NCBI GenBank assembly: GCA_001661245.1 | Contig: KV454013.1 | Coordinates: 1,396,502-1,460,501, forward strand | From: Pachysolen tannophilus NRRL Y-2460 | Lineage: Eukaryota | Length of the DNA stretch: 64,000 nt | Direction: 5' to 3' | Shown here: positions 9,273 through 20,639 of the stretch, piece after piece | Layout: each line of letters opens with the position of its first letter | How positions within the stretch are numbered: position 1 is the stretch's first letter | The notes under the pieces: generated by a model | The model's database searches: none | The model's input: only the letters and a program-made list of their open reading frames with translations | What the model was told of the DNA's origin: nothing | Position numbers and translations under genes: made by a program

Positions 9273-11534
9273 ATGAAGTATTCAGTACTAGTAGCGTTGG
9301 CCGCAACATTTCAATTATCCAAGGCAGCTCGTGCGGAAACACTTACTCCAACTGAAGCAGCTTCTTCAGACGTTTCTTCTTTAGCTTCGTCTTCTTTAGC
9401 TTCATCTTCATTGGCTTCATCTTCATCATATGTTTCGGCTCCATATTTTTCGTCTTTATACAGAGCGTCTTCATACGCACCATATTATTCAAATCAGTCA
9501 ACAACAACAACTGATGTTACCACAATAATAACAGAAACAGACGAAGTTACAGTATATGATTATACTCTGGTTGAGTATATTACTATAACCAGTACTTATA
9601 GTTCAGATTCTTCATCAGTTTCAGCAACAGCTTCAGGTATAGCATCAAATTCCCTGTCTGCAGCAGCAGCAGCAGCAGCTTCTTCTTCTGCTTCTGGCTC
9701 ATCTGCTACTACAAGCAGTGGTTCAGATAGCAGCTCAGACGTTAGTGCAACAAGTACTCTTGGACCAGCAGCTCAGGTTACATCCTCTTCAAGTGGCGTT
9801 ACTGCTACAGCAGCAGCATCAGCTTCAGGTTCAGCTTCAATCACAAGTGGATCATCTTCATCTTCAACTGATGACAGCACTACTACTTATACCATATTCC
9901 TTACAACTTATACTACTATAACAGATTGTAACTATTATGGTACATGTACAACTTATACTCAAGAAATTATTGGTGAATCAGCAGCTACTTCAACTTTGTC
10001 AAACGGTAGTGTTGAAGGTACTACCACATACTACACAGTTGATGTTTCCGGTTCTTCTACTTCTACTGTCTCAGGCAGCTCAAGCTCAAGCTCAAGCTCA
10101 AGCTCAGGCTCAAGTGAATCATCATCATCATCATCAACTGAAAGCTCTGCTAATGCTATTGGTCTGGCTAACACTCTGACATCGTCAACTGCCACTGGTG
10201 CTGCCACTGGAACTTCAACTGGTTCATCAACTGATGCTTCAACTGGTTCTTCCACTGATGCTTCATCTAGTTCTTCTACTGATGCTTCAACTGGTTCGTC
10301 CACTGATGCTTCATCTAGTTCATCCACTGATGCTTCAACCGGTTCTTCTACTGATGATTCAACTGGTTCATCCACTGATGCTTCAACTGGTTCATCAACT
10401 GGTACCGCTTCAGCTACTGACTCTACAAGTGATGCCTCTACCACTGGAACTGGTTCAGCAGCAGCAGCAGCAGCAGATGCAGGAGAAACTTCAACTACAA
10501 CAATCACTTCAGTTTCAGGTTCCTCAACCAGTGTTATTACAAGTGTTGTTGTTGACCCAGAAGAAAGTACAACCACAGTTACTGTTACTCATTGTCTTAA
10601 CGATGTTTGTATCACTGAAACTTCAACTGGTATAGTTTCAGTTACCACCGAAACTCTGTACGGTACAACTACCATCTACACTACTGTTGTTCCATTGAGC
10701 ACTGAACTGCTGGAATCTTCTGGAGTTACTGTTTCCGGTGCTACTTCATCAACTGCTTCATCAACTACTTCATCAGCTACTTCATCAGATACTGCTGCCG
10801 CTGCCGCCGCCGCCGCAGCAGCTACAACTTCTGCTACAACTTCTGCCACAACTACTGCAGCTGCAGGTGGTGTCAGCACTGTAATTGATTTGGAAGAACA
10901 AACTACTACAGTTACTATCACCAGCTGTTCAAATGATGTTTGTACTACCGGTACTTCCACAGGTATTGCATCAGTTGTTACTGAAACCGTCTTTGGTACA
11001 ACTTATATTTACACAACTGTTGTTCCAACTTCTAGTACTCAACTGGCAGTTGCAGCTGAAACCAGCACAGGATCTTCTTCATCATCATCATCTTCATCTT
11101 CATCTTCGTCATCAAGTGAAGCTGAATTGACCACAGTTCCAGTTGCTTCAGGTACTACTATTTACGATATCGTCAGTGAAGAATCAACAGAAACAATCAC
11201 TATCACTTCTTGTTCAGGTGGTTCATGTTCATTAGTTACTTCCACAGTAACTTCATCTTCATCCAACACTGCAGCAGCAGCAGCAGGAGCAGGAGCAGCC
11301 GGTACTACTACAACTTCTTACACTTCTACTACTGAGACAACAAGTTCTTCTCTGACAATTCAAACACTCTTGACTTCTTCTATCTACGGTAACTCAACTA
11401 GAAACTACACAGTTTATAGTTCATCAACAGTTGCTCCAGAAGTCGTAGATTCTAACTTAGGTAACAAGATGACTTCAAAGAACTTAGCTACAACTATTGT
11501 TGGTTTAGTTCTTGGTCTGGCCCTCATGTTATAG
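9273..11534 (+). CDS. GPI-anchored Ser/Thr/Ala-rich cell-wall adhesin/flocculin-like protein
   Basis: Signal peptide MKYSVLVALAATFQLSKA; flocculin type-3-like CX4C repeats (TVTHCLNDVC, TITSCSNDVC, TITSCSGGSC); DAST(G/S)SST tandem repeats; hydrophobic GPI signal at the C-terminus. Confidence 0.88.
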   Translation: MKYSVLVALAATFQLSKAARAETLTPTEAASSDVSSLASSSLASSSLASSSSYVSAPYFSSLYRASSYAPYYSNQSTTTTDVTTIITETDEVTVYDYTLVEYITITSTYSSDSSSVSATASGIASNSLSAAAAAAASSSASGSSATTSSGSDSSSDVSATSTLGPAAQVTSSSSGVTATAAASASGSASITSGSSSSSTDDSTTTYTIFLTTYTTITDCNYYGTCTTYTQEIIGESAATSTLSNGSVEGTTTYYTVDVSGSSTSTVSGSSSSSSSSSSGSSESSSSSSTESSANAIGLANTLTSSTATGAATGTSTGSSTDASTGSSTDASSSSSTDASTGSSTDASSSSSTDASTGSSTDDSTGSSTDASTGSSTGTASATDSTSDASTTGTGSAAAAAADAGETSTTTITSVSGSSTSVITSVVVDPEESTTTVTVTHCLNDVCITETSTGIVSVTTETLYGTTTIYTTVVPLSTELLESSGVTVSGATSSTASSTTSSATSSDTAAAAAAAAAATTSATTSATTTAAAGGVSTVIDLEEQTTTVTITSCSNDVCTTGTSTGIASVVTETVFGTTYIYTTVVPTSSTQLAVAAETSTGSSSSSSSSSSSSSSSEAELTTVPVASGTTIYDIVSEESTETITITSCSGGSCSLVTSTVTSSSSNTAAAAAGAGAAGTTTTSYTSTTETTSSSLTIQTLLTSSIYGNSTRNYTVYSSSTVAPEVVDSNLGNKMTSKNLATTIVGLVLGLALML
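10214..10402 (+). repeat. 24-bp intragenic minisatellite encoding DAS(T/S)(G/S)SST, about 7-8 copies
   Basis: Repeated ACTGATGCTTCAACTGGTTCxTCx units, visible in both DNA and protein. Confidence 0.9.
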
Positions 11535-11633
11535 AATTAAAAAGAGAAAAAAAAAAACCACAAAAAAAAAAAAAAAAAAAGTTTGATAAGTCTAGGTCAA
11601 ATGAGATTTTTTGTTTAATTGTTTGTTAGTTGT

Positions 11634-12110
11634 ATATTATTTTAATCTTTTATTTTATTTTTTATTTTTATTTCAAATATTTGTTTATTCTTCTTCGGCA
11701 AGTGATTTGTTTATTATCTTTCAGTCAAATCACAANNNNNNNNNNNNNNNNNNNNNNNNNNNNNNNNNNNNNNNNNNNNNNNNNNNNNNNNNNNNNNNNN
11801 NNNNNNNNNNNNNNNNNNNNNNNNNNNNNNNNNNNNNNNNNNNNNNNNNNNNNNNNNNNNNNNNNNNNNNNNNNNNNNNNNNNNNNNNNNNNNNNNNNNN
11901 NNNNNNNNNNNNNNNNNNNNNNNNNNNNNNNNNNNNNNNNNNNNNNNNNNNNNNNNNNNNNNNNNNNNNNNNNNNNNNNNNNNNNNNNNNNNNNNNNNNN
12001 NNNNNNNNNNATATTATTTTAATCTTTTATTTTATTTTTTATTTTTATTTCAAATATTTGTTTATTCTTCTTCGGCAAGTGATTTGTTTATTATCTTTCA
12101 GTCAAATCAC
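11634..12110. repeat. ~100 bp direct duplication (11634-11733 and 12011-12110) flanking the N-gap at 11736-12010; probable artefact
   Basis: Identical sequence on both sides of the gap. Confidence 0.85.
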
Positions 12111-13114
12111 TAATTTTTTTTTTTTTTCAAAAAAAAAAAAACCCTTTTTTATACAATTTTTATGTATTATTTTTCAGTATAGGAATTTCCATAAATAATA
12201 ATATGATTTACTTCAGAAAATAAAATAAAAAAGAAAGAGAAATAGATCAAAATATGTATCAAGAACGCAGTTACTAGCTAATGCCATAGAAGATTCTAAA
12301 AATTTTTTTTTTTTAAAAATTAGCAATGCCCAGTATGAGGTCGTTGTTGAAAAAAAAAATTTTATCTTGCTTTCCTTTTCCCCTCCAGTCACCTATTAAT
12401 AGAAAAGATGGTGCAGTGAATAGGAAGCTGTTCGTATCAAAGAAAAGAAAAAAGAGAAAAAAAAAACAAATTCAAAAAAAATGAGGAAAAGTTTTCCAAT
12501 TTATACAAATTCAAAGATCAACACAACGAAATCAAAAATCAGTTTCCTAAAATGGAAATTTGGGTTTTAGCAACACGATTTTTGATTTGTTAATTAAATA
12601 ACATTTTTATTTATAGGGTAAATAAATAATGAAATGGTAATCATTTATATTATTATATAGTTTCTTTAAATAACAAGAATATTTTATAATAGAATCTAAT
12701 CATAAATCATTTTATGAAGTTATTTGTGATTAATATTTTTTTAGCTTGGTAGGTTCTAGGATCAATAGCAGGATCAGTTTTGTATTACTGAAGGAACTTT
12801 TTTTATTTTTATTTTATTTTATTTTATTTTGTTTTTTTTTAGTAGTAATAATAGCATTTTCTTTGGGCGGTTATAAAGTTAACAGAATAATATAAGAATA
12901 ATAAATAATATATAATTAGTGATTCTCTTTTTGTTTTTTTTTTATTATATTTTATTTCGAATTTTTAACTAGAATTATCTCATACTTTGCTTGAAAGTGA
13001 TTGATTATTATTTTGCAAATTAATTTTTGTTTGATTGCCATCAAGAATATAACGACAATACATATAAAACTTGTTCTTTTTCTTTTTTTTTTTTCTTGTT
13101 CTTTTTGTTGAGAA

Positions 13115-14086
13115 ATGGGTTTAAGGTCATGTTCATATAGTAGTGACGAAGAAGGAGATTCTTCTATTCATGGATTTACTTCAAGACGCAATCATAAAAG
13201 AGTTAGAATTTCGGAAGATAGATCAAGTACTTATTCTCCCCCAAGTTATACTTCGGCTGCTCGTCGTTTCAATAATGTTGAGAATGGGGGTTCTTCTAGG
13301 TTTACAAGTAATTATCCCACCTCATTTACAAGAGAAAGTAATAATAATAGTTTTGATGATGATATGGCGTCGGATATCTTGACCTCTCTTGGAAGCCATC
13401 GAGAAGGCAATATTGGTAGGGATAGAAGAGGAAACAATAGCGCAATCGGTAACAGCGGCAATAATGATGGTGTGCTGCTGCCCCACACATCTTCGGTTAT
13501 TCTTTCACCGGATCAGATTGAAGATCAAATACAAGATGATGATGAAGATAGTTCTATAATGGACTCGGAAGATAATTTCAATGCACACGAATTATACCCA
13601 GTTTCGTCAGACCCACAGTTACTTCCATCGACATTAAGACCACCTCCTCCAACTGCAGCAAGTGTTAGGCGTGAACCTTACCCGTTAACAAGACGGAATG
13701 CGATTTATAGACCACATCACGCAAGAAGCTCGTCTGCATTGTCCCTATCTTTATCATTAGATCAACAAAATCATCAAAATCAGCCACAACAAATACAAAA
13801 TCAGCCACAACAGCAACTGCAAGAACAACAAGATAGAAGAAGGAGAAGACTTGGAAATAATGCTGTGCCTTTAGGCGCTCTTTTGAATCCGGCTGATAAT
13901 ACTAACACGAATGAAAGTAGCAACAGCATCAATAGTAATGATAGCGTAGAAGGAACCCATTTATCTACAGAAGATCGCCGCAATAGACCAGTTTCAAGAG
14001 GCGATAGTACGGATGATCCAAATGGAGATGTCTCCTCAAATGATAACATCAGTGTTTTATCAACTGCGGACAGCACTGGTAACGGA

Positions 14087-14119
<33 letters not shown>

Positions 14120-15277
14120 CATCGTGTCAGATTTGTTGATAATGAACGCTATATAACTAGTCCAACCGATTTGATGAGAAACGATAATGTTTCATCATCA
14201 AATTCCGCACCAATGAATACCACGGGTGCCACCAATAGTAATAATACTGCAAGTACAGTGTTACCGCCAATACACCCAGATATGTTTAGAATAGATAATA
14301 ACAACAATAGGACCAATAATAGTGATAATTCTTCAAACGCTTTTAATATGGACGAGATCAATAGAAATGGTACAAGTGGTTCAAGATTAAATGGGCTAAT
14401 GAGGTCAGGAAGAAGTTTATCAAGAGGTGCTGGAAGAAGAAGAATTTGGCGTTCATCAAGATTTAATAGTTCTACCCATCCACAAGATATTTTAAATGAG
14501 TTGTTAAGAGATACAATTGATTCAGAAACAATATTAAGGAGAAGGCAAAGAGATTATAATAATACACATGGTAGTAATAGCAACAACAATAGTAGTCGTT
14601 CCCCAATGTTCCCATCTTTGTCAAATAATAGCAATTATATGATGAGACCTATTAGGTTTCATGATCCATTTACTTCTCCTCCTTATAGTGATAGTGCAGC
14701 AGGAAGCAATGCTTCTTCTTTCCATCATCACCGTAATAATAATAATAATAATACAGGAGATTTCAATACAGCTAGGACAATGTCGGGGACCAATGAGGAA
14801 AGTAGCACCTCGTTACCATCAACAGATGTGCAAGCTGGATCAGTATCTGCAAACGATGGAATTGGTGCTTTTGATGAGTATTTGACTCTATCCATGAGAA
14901 GATTGGCAAATACTTTCCACAACAGCGTTAGAAATTTCCAGAATTTACATCGGGATGAAAGCTACAACCCTGAACGTGGGTTCCATTATAGCCATAGCAA
15001 CAATAGTAACGCCATGCTTGATGAAGAAGATGAAGATGATTTTATGACAAGTAGAATTGACCCAAGGTACTTTGATAGATTTAGTGGATTAGAAGAATTA
15101 CAACCAAGAAATGAGGCTGATTTACTTAAATTGGCAAGAGAAAGAAGTATATTGAAATATGGTAGGTTTATGGCAGATGGAGTTGTTCCTTCGTCCTTCC
15201 GCCATAAGGCTCGTAATGATCGAAATAGAGACACTACTGATGAAAGGGAAAGAAAGAGACAAAAGCGCAATTTTTAA
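13115..15277 (+). CDS. Hypothetical 720-aa intrinsically disordered Asn/Ser/Arg-rich protein
   Basis: Long ATG-initiated ORF, GC-richer than its flanks, with poly-N/Q tracts and a basic NLS-like C-terminus (ERKRQKR). No family recognised. Confidence 0.8.
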
Positions 15278-15752
15278 CCTTGGAAATTACACTAAAAGAT
15301 TTATCGGTGGTAAAGAAAAATTAAGAAAAAGAAAAGTTTACACTTTTTTCTTATGATTTCATTCTCATTTTTTTTTATTTATTTTTTTTTTTATTATTAT
15401 TATTATGTTTTTGTTTTTCGGATTATACTTCAAGGTTGGGAATTTTGGATATTTAAAGTTTTTTTTTTTATTTTTTTTATTTTTAATTTTAATTTTCATT
15501 TTATACGAATACATTTCATCGATGAAAGTCGGGGATACTTTTATGACTATGGTGATATGTAACTTTGGTATGAATCATACGGTAATTGAGGTTTTTTTAA
15601 GGTAATAATAAATATAATATGATTATCATTAGAAAATATTATACAGAATTAAATTAAATTAAATAAAATAAATATAGATATGCATCATTAAATATCTTTT
15701 TTCATTTTTTTTTTTTTTTTCTGGGAATTTGACATTTTGCTAAAGCTGAAGT

Positions 15753-17606
15753 TTACTTTTTTCTTTCTTGATACCATGAACAAACATCTTTATATTTGCA
15801 TGGATACCTCCCATCACAATAAATATGGAAATCCACTGGTTCCACAGGTTTTAAATTTCTTTTCAAGTAATAAAAATCCAATGAATCATTCAATTTTTCC
15901 AAGAAAATATCATTATTATAAGTAACTTCTTCCTCAAATTTATTCAGTGAGGAACTTCGTGAAATATATTCGATAGAGCAACTTTGAGAGAGAAAGGGAT
16001 ATAATAATTTGAATAATTGAGAAAGTCTTGCAATTAAGAATCTTAATGTAAAGGGATATTTCCATTTTGTCAACAAGTTTTTTTTCATAAATTCTAAATC
16101 CGAAGCTGTTTTTAAATTATTCTCAAAAAATTTTTCATTTTCAGTTAAAGAGCTCAAATCATAATTAATTGAATTGGTTTTATTTGAATAATGAGTTTTC
16201 ACAAAAGAGTCAAATGGTTCAAAATTTATAGATTCTCCTTTGCATAATTTTAAAGCATCTGAGTGTAAAAATTTAAAATTTAGTAAAATTAAAAAAACAA
16301 TATCTGGTGATATAGGTGAATCTATATCGATACCTCTATCTGAATAATTTTGAACTAATAATTCATAACAAAATGGATCATCATTTTTTTCTTTTAATTC
16401 ATAATATTCATTAAAATTTTTTTGTTTTGAAGTTAATTCACCACTCATTATACCAATTAATTTTCTATAATAAAAAAGTTGAAATTTATGTGCATCTCTA
16501 ATTGATTTTTGTCTTGGTATTAAAATATAACCTCTTGTCTTTACATCACTTATTTTTAAATAATATTGAGAAATAAAAGAATTTATAATATTTGGTGCTG
16601 ATTCAAGAAATTCAAATAAATCATCTTTATATAGATTTAATTCAAAATTAAGATCAAAATTATCCTTTACTATTGGAAGTAAACTTAAATGATCAATAAT
16701 TCCAGTAATTAAAAGGTATGGAGATGTTTCTGAATTTTCCAATTTAAAAGAAGATTTATCCATCAATTGATTATTATTATTAACATCAACTAAGGAATAA
16801 ATTTTAATTTCTCTAGCCTCTCCAAATGAAAAAAGAGATATTAATCTTGAAATTTGTTCACTATCATACAAGGCTATTTCATCCAATTTAATTTGATCAA
16901 TACCTCTTTCTTTAATATCTTTTTCAACAAGTTGATAATAAGAAGATTCATCAAGATCTTTTGCTGGATGAGCTGTCATTTCTAAATCTTTATGAATTCC
17001 TGTTCCTAATCTCATCTCTTTTGTTGGCAATTCTTCTTCTTCCAGAGAATAAATCTTATAAAATGTTTGTAATTCACACCAATACCCAACTGCTAATGAT
17101 GATGCTGAAAATCTCAATTTTTCATTATTTTTGGGAAATTTTTTCATCTTTAATATTTGGAAAGGTTTAAGCATATTTTTTGGGAAATTTTTATAAGGCA
17201 AGAGATGAGTCTTATCATTTAACGGCAAGTAATTATGGAATGGTTTATATGAGCTCAAACTCAATGATGTCGGTTGTTGATATAATTGTGGGTCATTCTG
17301 TGATACTATTTGGTCATTAACATTTATCGATTCAAGTTTACCTTGCGGCTGAAAGAAATCAGTACGATAATTGAAATTTTGTGGAATGGGGAGTCTTTCA
17401 CTTTTATTCCTCAAATTTAAAAGAGTATCTTCATCTTTGAGCACAGGTGTAGTTTTTAACAGCACTTGTTGTGGATGTGGTATTTTAAGTAATATCTTTT
17501 TGGTATTAAATTTCCCAAGTATTTCTGCATCATCGGAGTTGAACCTTTTAAAATTTGTAAAGACTTTATCCGACCTCAATTTCGGAAACACTTTATATCT
17601 CAACAT
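15753..17606 (-). CDS. EXO5: Mitochondrial exonuclease V (Exo5/Dem1)
   Basis: Basic presequence-like N-terminus; YWCELQTFY, GTGIHKDLE, ITGIIDHL, ISDVKTR, FQLFYYR and a C-terminal Cys cluster CDGRYPCKYKDVC (Fe-S nuclease). Confidence 0.88.
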   Translation of the reverse strand: MLRYKVFPKLRSDKVFTNFKRFNSDDAEILGKFNTKKILLKIPHPQQVLLKTTPVLKDEDTLLNLRNKSERLPIPQNFNYRTDFFQPQGKLESINVNDQIVSQNDPQLYQQPTSLSLSSYKPFHNYLPLNDKTHLLPYKNFPKNMLKPFQILKMKKFPKNNEKLRFSASSLAVGYWCELQTFYKIYSLEEEELPTKEMRLGTGIHKDLEMTAHPAKDLDESSYYQLVEKDIKERGIDQIKLDEIALYDSEQISRLISLFSFGEAREIKIYSLVDVNNNNQLMDKSSFKLENSETSPYLLITGIIDHLSLLPIVKDNFDLNFELNLYKDDLFEFLESAPNIINSFISQYYLKISDVKTRGYILIPRQKSIRDAHKFQLFYYRKLIGIMSGELTSKQKNFNEYYELKEKNDDPFCYELLVQNYSDRGIDIDSPISPDIVFLILLNFKFLHSDALKLCKGESINFEPFDSFVKTHYSNKTNSINYDLSSLTENEKFFENNLKTASDLEFMKKNLLTKWKYPFTLRFLIARLSQLFKLLYPFLSQSCSIEYISRSSSLNKFEEEVTYNNDIFLEKLNDSLDFYYLKRNLKPVEPVDFHIYCDGRYPCKYKDVCSWYQERKK

Positions 17607-18487
17607 TGAATAGCAACATACATTTCTTAAATCATAACTGAATAACTTTGATATAAACTGGAAAGAAGAAAACCTACAAAAAAAAAAAAAAAAAAAAAGA
17701 AGAAAAACAGCAAAGAAAAGGAAAGATTAATCAATAAAATCTATTATGATTACTTTTACTTGTTGTTTTACGCGTCACTTCTCCACCAAACTCTTGTGAC
17801 ATGACACATCAAAAAAAAAAAAAAAAAAAAGTGTCACGGACATGTCAGTAGTGTCAATAGTGTCACAAGACACAAAGATAGTGTCACAAGAAATGACATA
17901 GATAGTGACACCTTTGTGACACTATCTGTGTCTGTTGATCTTAGAGCGTCACGAGATTTAAAAGAAACAACACCAGATCTGCCAAAAAAGAAAAAAAAAA
18001 CAAAGAAAAAGAAGAAAAAGGGGAACAGCACTCCCGGCAAACCGTCCGCAGCAGTTCCGCCAACTTCTTCAGCCACGGCTCCCTCTAGGCTTGCGGTTGA
18101 GGTTTTTATTTTTTTTTATTAATTTTTATTATTTTTCTTACGTTTTACGTGTCAATTTCTCCCCCGGTCTTTTTCAGGCGTTTTTCCTTCTAGAAAAAAA
18201 AAATCGGCTTTCGTAAGGCGGCCGGCCTTTAAATAAGGAAAAAAACAAAAATTGAGATTTTGTTTTGATGAGTTGTCACTTTTTTTAAAATATAGTTAAA
18301 ATATTTATTATAATTTAATTAAAAGAAACCGAATTTCTCATTTAAAAGGTTAAAGATCAAAGTTGAGTTTTAGATAGCCAAAGGCGGTTATTTTGTTTTC
18401 ACTATTACTTTGAAAAAAAAAAAAAAAAACAATTTTTTTTTCATTTTGTTGAATATCTTATTATTGATTAATTTTAATTTCAGAAAA

Positions 18488-20242
18488 ATGAAGTTTTCGT
18501 CAATTGCGGTTCCAACCGCTGCTTTACTTGTTGGTGCTATGGCATCTGATACTACTAAATCTTCAGTAGAACATCCTGAATTTACACCTTATTCTAAGGA
18601 TGAGTTGGCTTCGGATTCGTTTTATGAGGATTTTCAGGATGATGGGAGTGTGGAGAGATGGCTTGTTTCTCATGCAAAGAAAGATGATGAATTTACTTAT
18701 GTTGGTAAATGGGCTTTTGAACAATCAATTGTTAATCCTGGTTTTAAAAATGATAAAGGATTAGTATTGAAAAGTCAAGCTGCACATCATGCAATTGATG
18801 TTCAATTACCTGAAGTTTTTGATAATACAGATAATACTTTAGTATTACAATATGAAGTTAAATTACAAAATGGTTTAAATTGTGGTGGAGCTTATATTAA
18901 ATTATTAAGCGCCGAAGGATTCCCAACTTCTAAAGATGGAGATGAATTTAATAATGAAACTCCTTATCAAATTATGTTTGGTCCTGATAAATGTGGTATG
19001 ACAAATAAAGTACATTTTATTATTAGAAGGAAAAATCCAGTTACTGGAGTTTATGAAGAAAAACATTTAAGAACTCCTCCAATGTCAAGAATTGTTAAGA
19101 CAACTTCATTATATACTTTAATCATTAAACCAAATAATGATTTTGAAATCAGAATAAATGGAGAAGTTGCAAAAGCTGGTAATTTACTCGATGAACATTT
19201 GTTTAGTCCATCATTTAATCCTCCAACTGAAATTGAAGATCCAGATGATATTAAACCAGAAGATTGGGATGAAAGAGAACAAATCCCAGATCCTGAGCAA
19301 GCTGAAAAGCCTGAAGATTGGGATGAAGATGCTCCTTCGAAAATCCCGGATCCTAATGCAGTTAAACCAGAAGATTGGGATGAAGATGAATTGGCTTATA
19401 TCCCAGATCCTGATGCTGAAAAACCAGAGGATTGGGATGATGAAGAAGATGGAGAATGGATTGCTCCAGAAATTCCTAACCCAAAGTGTCAGGAACACGG
19501 ATGTGGCAAATGGGATCCTCCTTTGATTAAAAATCCAAACTATAAAGGTAAATGGAGACAACCTTTAATTCCAAATCCAAATTACAAAGGTGTTTGGAAA
19601 CCAAGAACAATTCCAAATCCAGATTATTATGAAGATGTTAATGCTTCAAATTTGGAAGCTATTGCAGGATTAGGATTTGAATTATGGACTTTACAAGAAG
19701 ATATATTATTTGATAATATTTATTTGGGTCATCATATTGAAGAAGCTGAAGCAATTGGTAATCTGACATTTGTTCCAAAATTAAAAATTGAAGAAGAAAC
19801 TTCAGCTGCAAATGCTCCAAAACCAGATTTCGAACCAGATTTACCACCATCATTAGAAGAAGATGCTAATAATATCTTGGCAAATGTTGTTGATTTTGTC
19901 AAGATAAAATCTTCAGAATTTATTGATAGTGCCGTTGATTATTACTACGATTTCCAAGCTGCCCCATTAAATACCTTAAGCTCAAGACCATTCGAAGCAG
20001 TCTATTACTCAGGTATTCTCTTGTACGTTGTTTTCGTCTTGGCAGGTGTATGGGGTGCTTTGGTTTACCTCTTCACCGGTGGAAGTGCTGCGAACCCAGC
20101 TGCAACAACTACAACACCATCAACAACATCATCAACAACAACAACAACAAACACAAAACCAAAAGAAACATCTGAAGAAGACGAAGAAATAATCGAAGAA
20201 AAAGATTCAAAAGCCACCGGGGCTTCTAGAAGATTGGAATAA
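18488..20242 (+). CDS. CNE1: Calnexin
   Basis: First ATG at 18488 gives the signal peptide MKFSSIAV. LVLQYEVKLQNGLNCGGAYIKLL, IMFGPDKCG, KPEDWDE P-domain repeats and a C-terminal TM helix. Confidence 0.97.
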   Translation: MKFSSIAVPTAALLVGAMASDTTKSSVEHPEFTPYSKDELASDSFYEDFQDDGSVERWLVSHAKKDDEFTYVGKWAFEQSIVNPGFKNDKGLVLKSQAAHHAIDVQLPEVFDNTDNTLVLQYEVKLQNGLNCGGAYIKLLSAEGFPTSKDGDEFNNETPYQIMFGPDKCGMTNKVHFIIRRKNPVTGVYEEKHLRTPPMSRIVKTTSLYTLIIKPNNDFEIRINGEVAKAGNLLDEHLFSPSFNPPTEIEDPDDIKPEDWDEREQIPDPEQAEKPEDWDEDAPSKIPDPNAVKPEDWDEDELAYIPDPDAEKPEDWDDEEDGEWIAPEIPNPKCQEHGCGKWDPPLIKNPNYKGKWRQPLIPNPNYKGVWKPRTIPNPDYYEDVNASNLEAIAGLGFELWTLQEDILFDNIYLGHHIEEAEAIGNLTFVPKLKIEEETSAANAPKPDFEPDLPPSLEEDANNILANVVDFVKIKSSEFIDSAVDYYYDFQAAPLNTLSSRPFEAVYYSGILLYVVFVLAGVWGALVYLFTGGSAANPAATTTTPSTTSSTTTTTNTKPKETSEEDEEIIEEKDSKATGASRRLE

Positions 20243-20639
20243 AGGCATTTATCTCTCTTGAAGCTTTTTTAATTTTTCATATTTTTTTTTTTGTTGTTTT
20301 TATTGTGTATAGTTTATAACCTTTTTTTTTCTTTTTTTTTCAAAAATCTTTTTATTTTATTATTCTTACTATAACGAATAAGCTATCACTAATCAGTTTA
20401 AAGACCAGATCATCCTTTAATCCATCAATCTCTTTTGTCTTGGAACTAAATAAAAATTGAAAAATTTACAAAAATTTTTCAAAATTTTTTTAAAAAGATT
20501 TTTCTTAACGCGCTTTATGTCTAAAAAATAAATAAATGAAAATAAAAATGTACCAAATCATCTTTAATATAAGGATATGTTCATTCACTTATTAAAACTC
20601 AAGTAATAGTTTATATTGAGAAGCTTTATATCATATCAC

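Noticed and set aside
10214..10402. Regular repeats as a CRISPR-like array
   Set aside because: In-frame coding minisatellite with no unique spacers, in a eukaryotic gene.
11611..12198. ORFs spanning the N-gap
   Set aside because: They are open only because Ns contain no stop codon.
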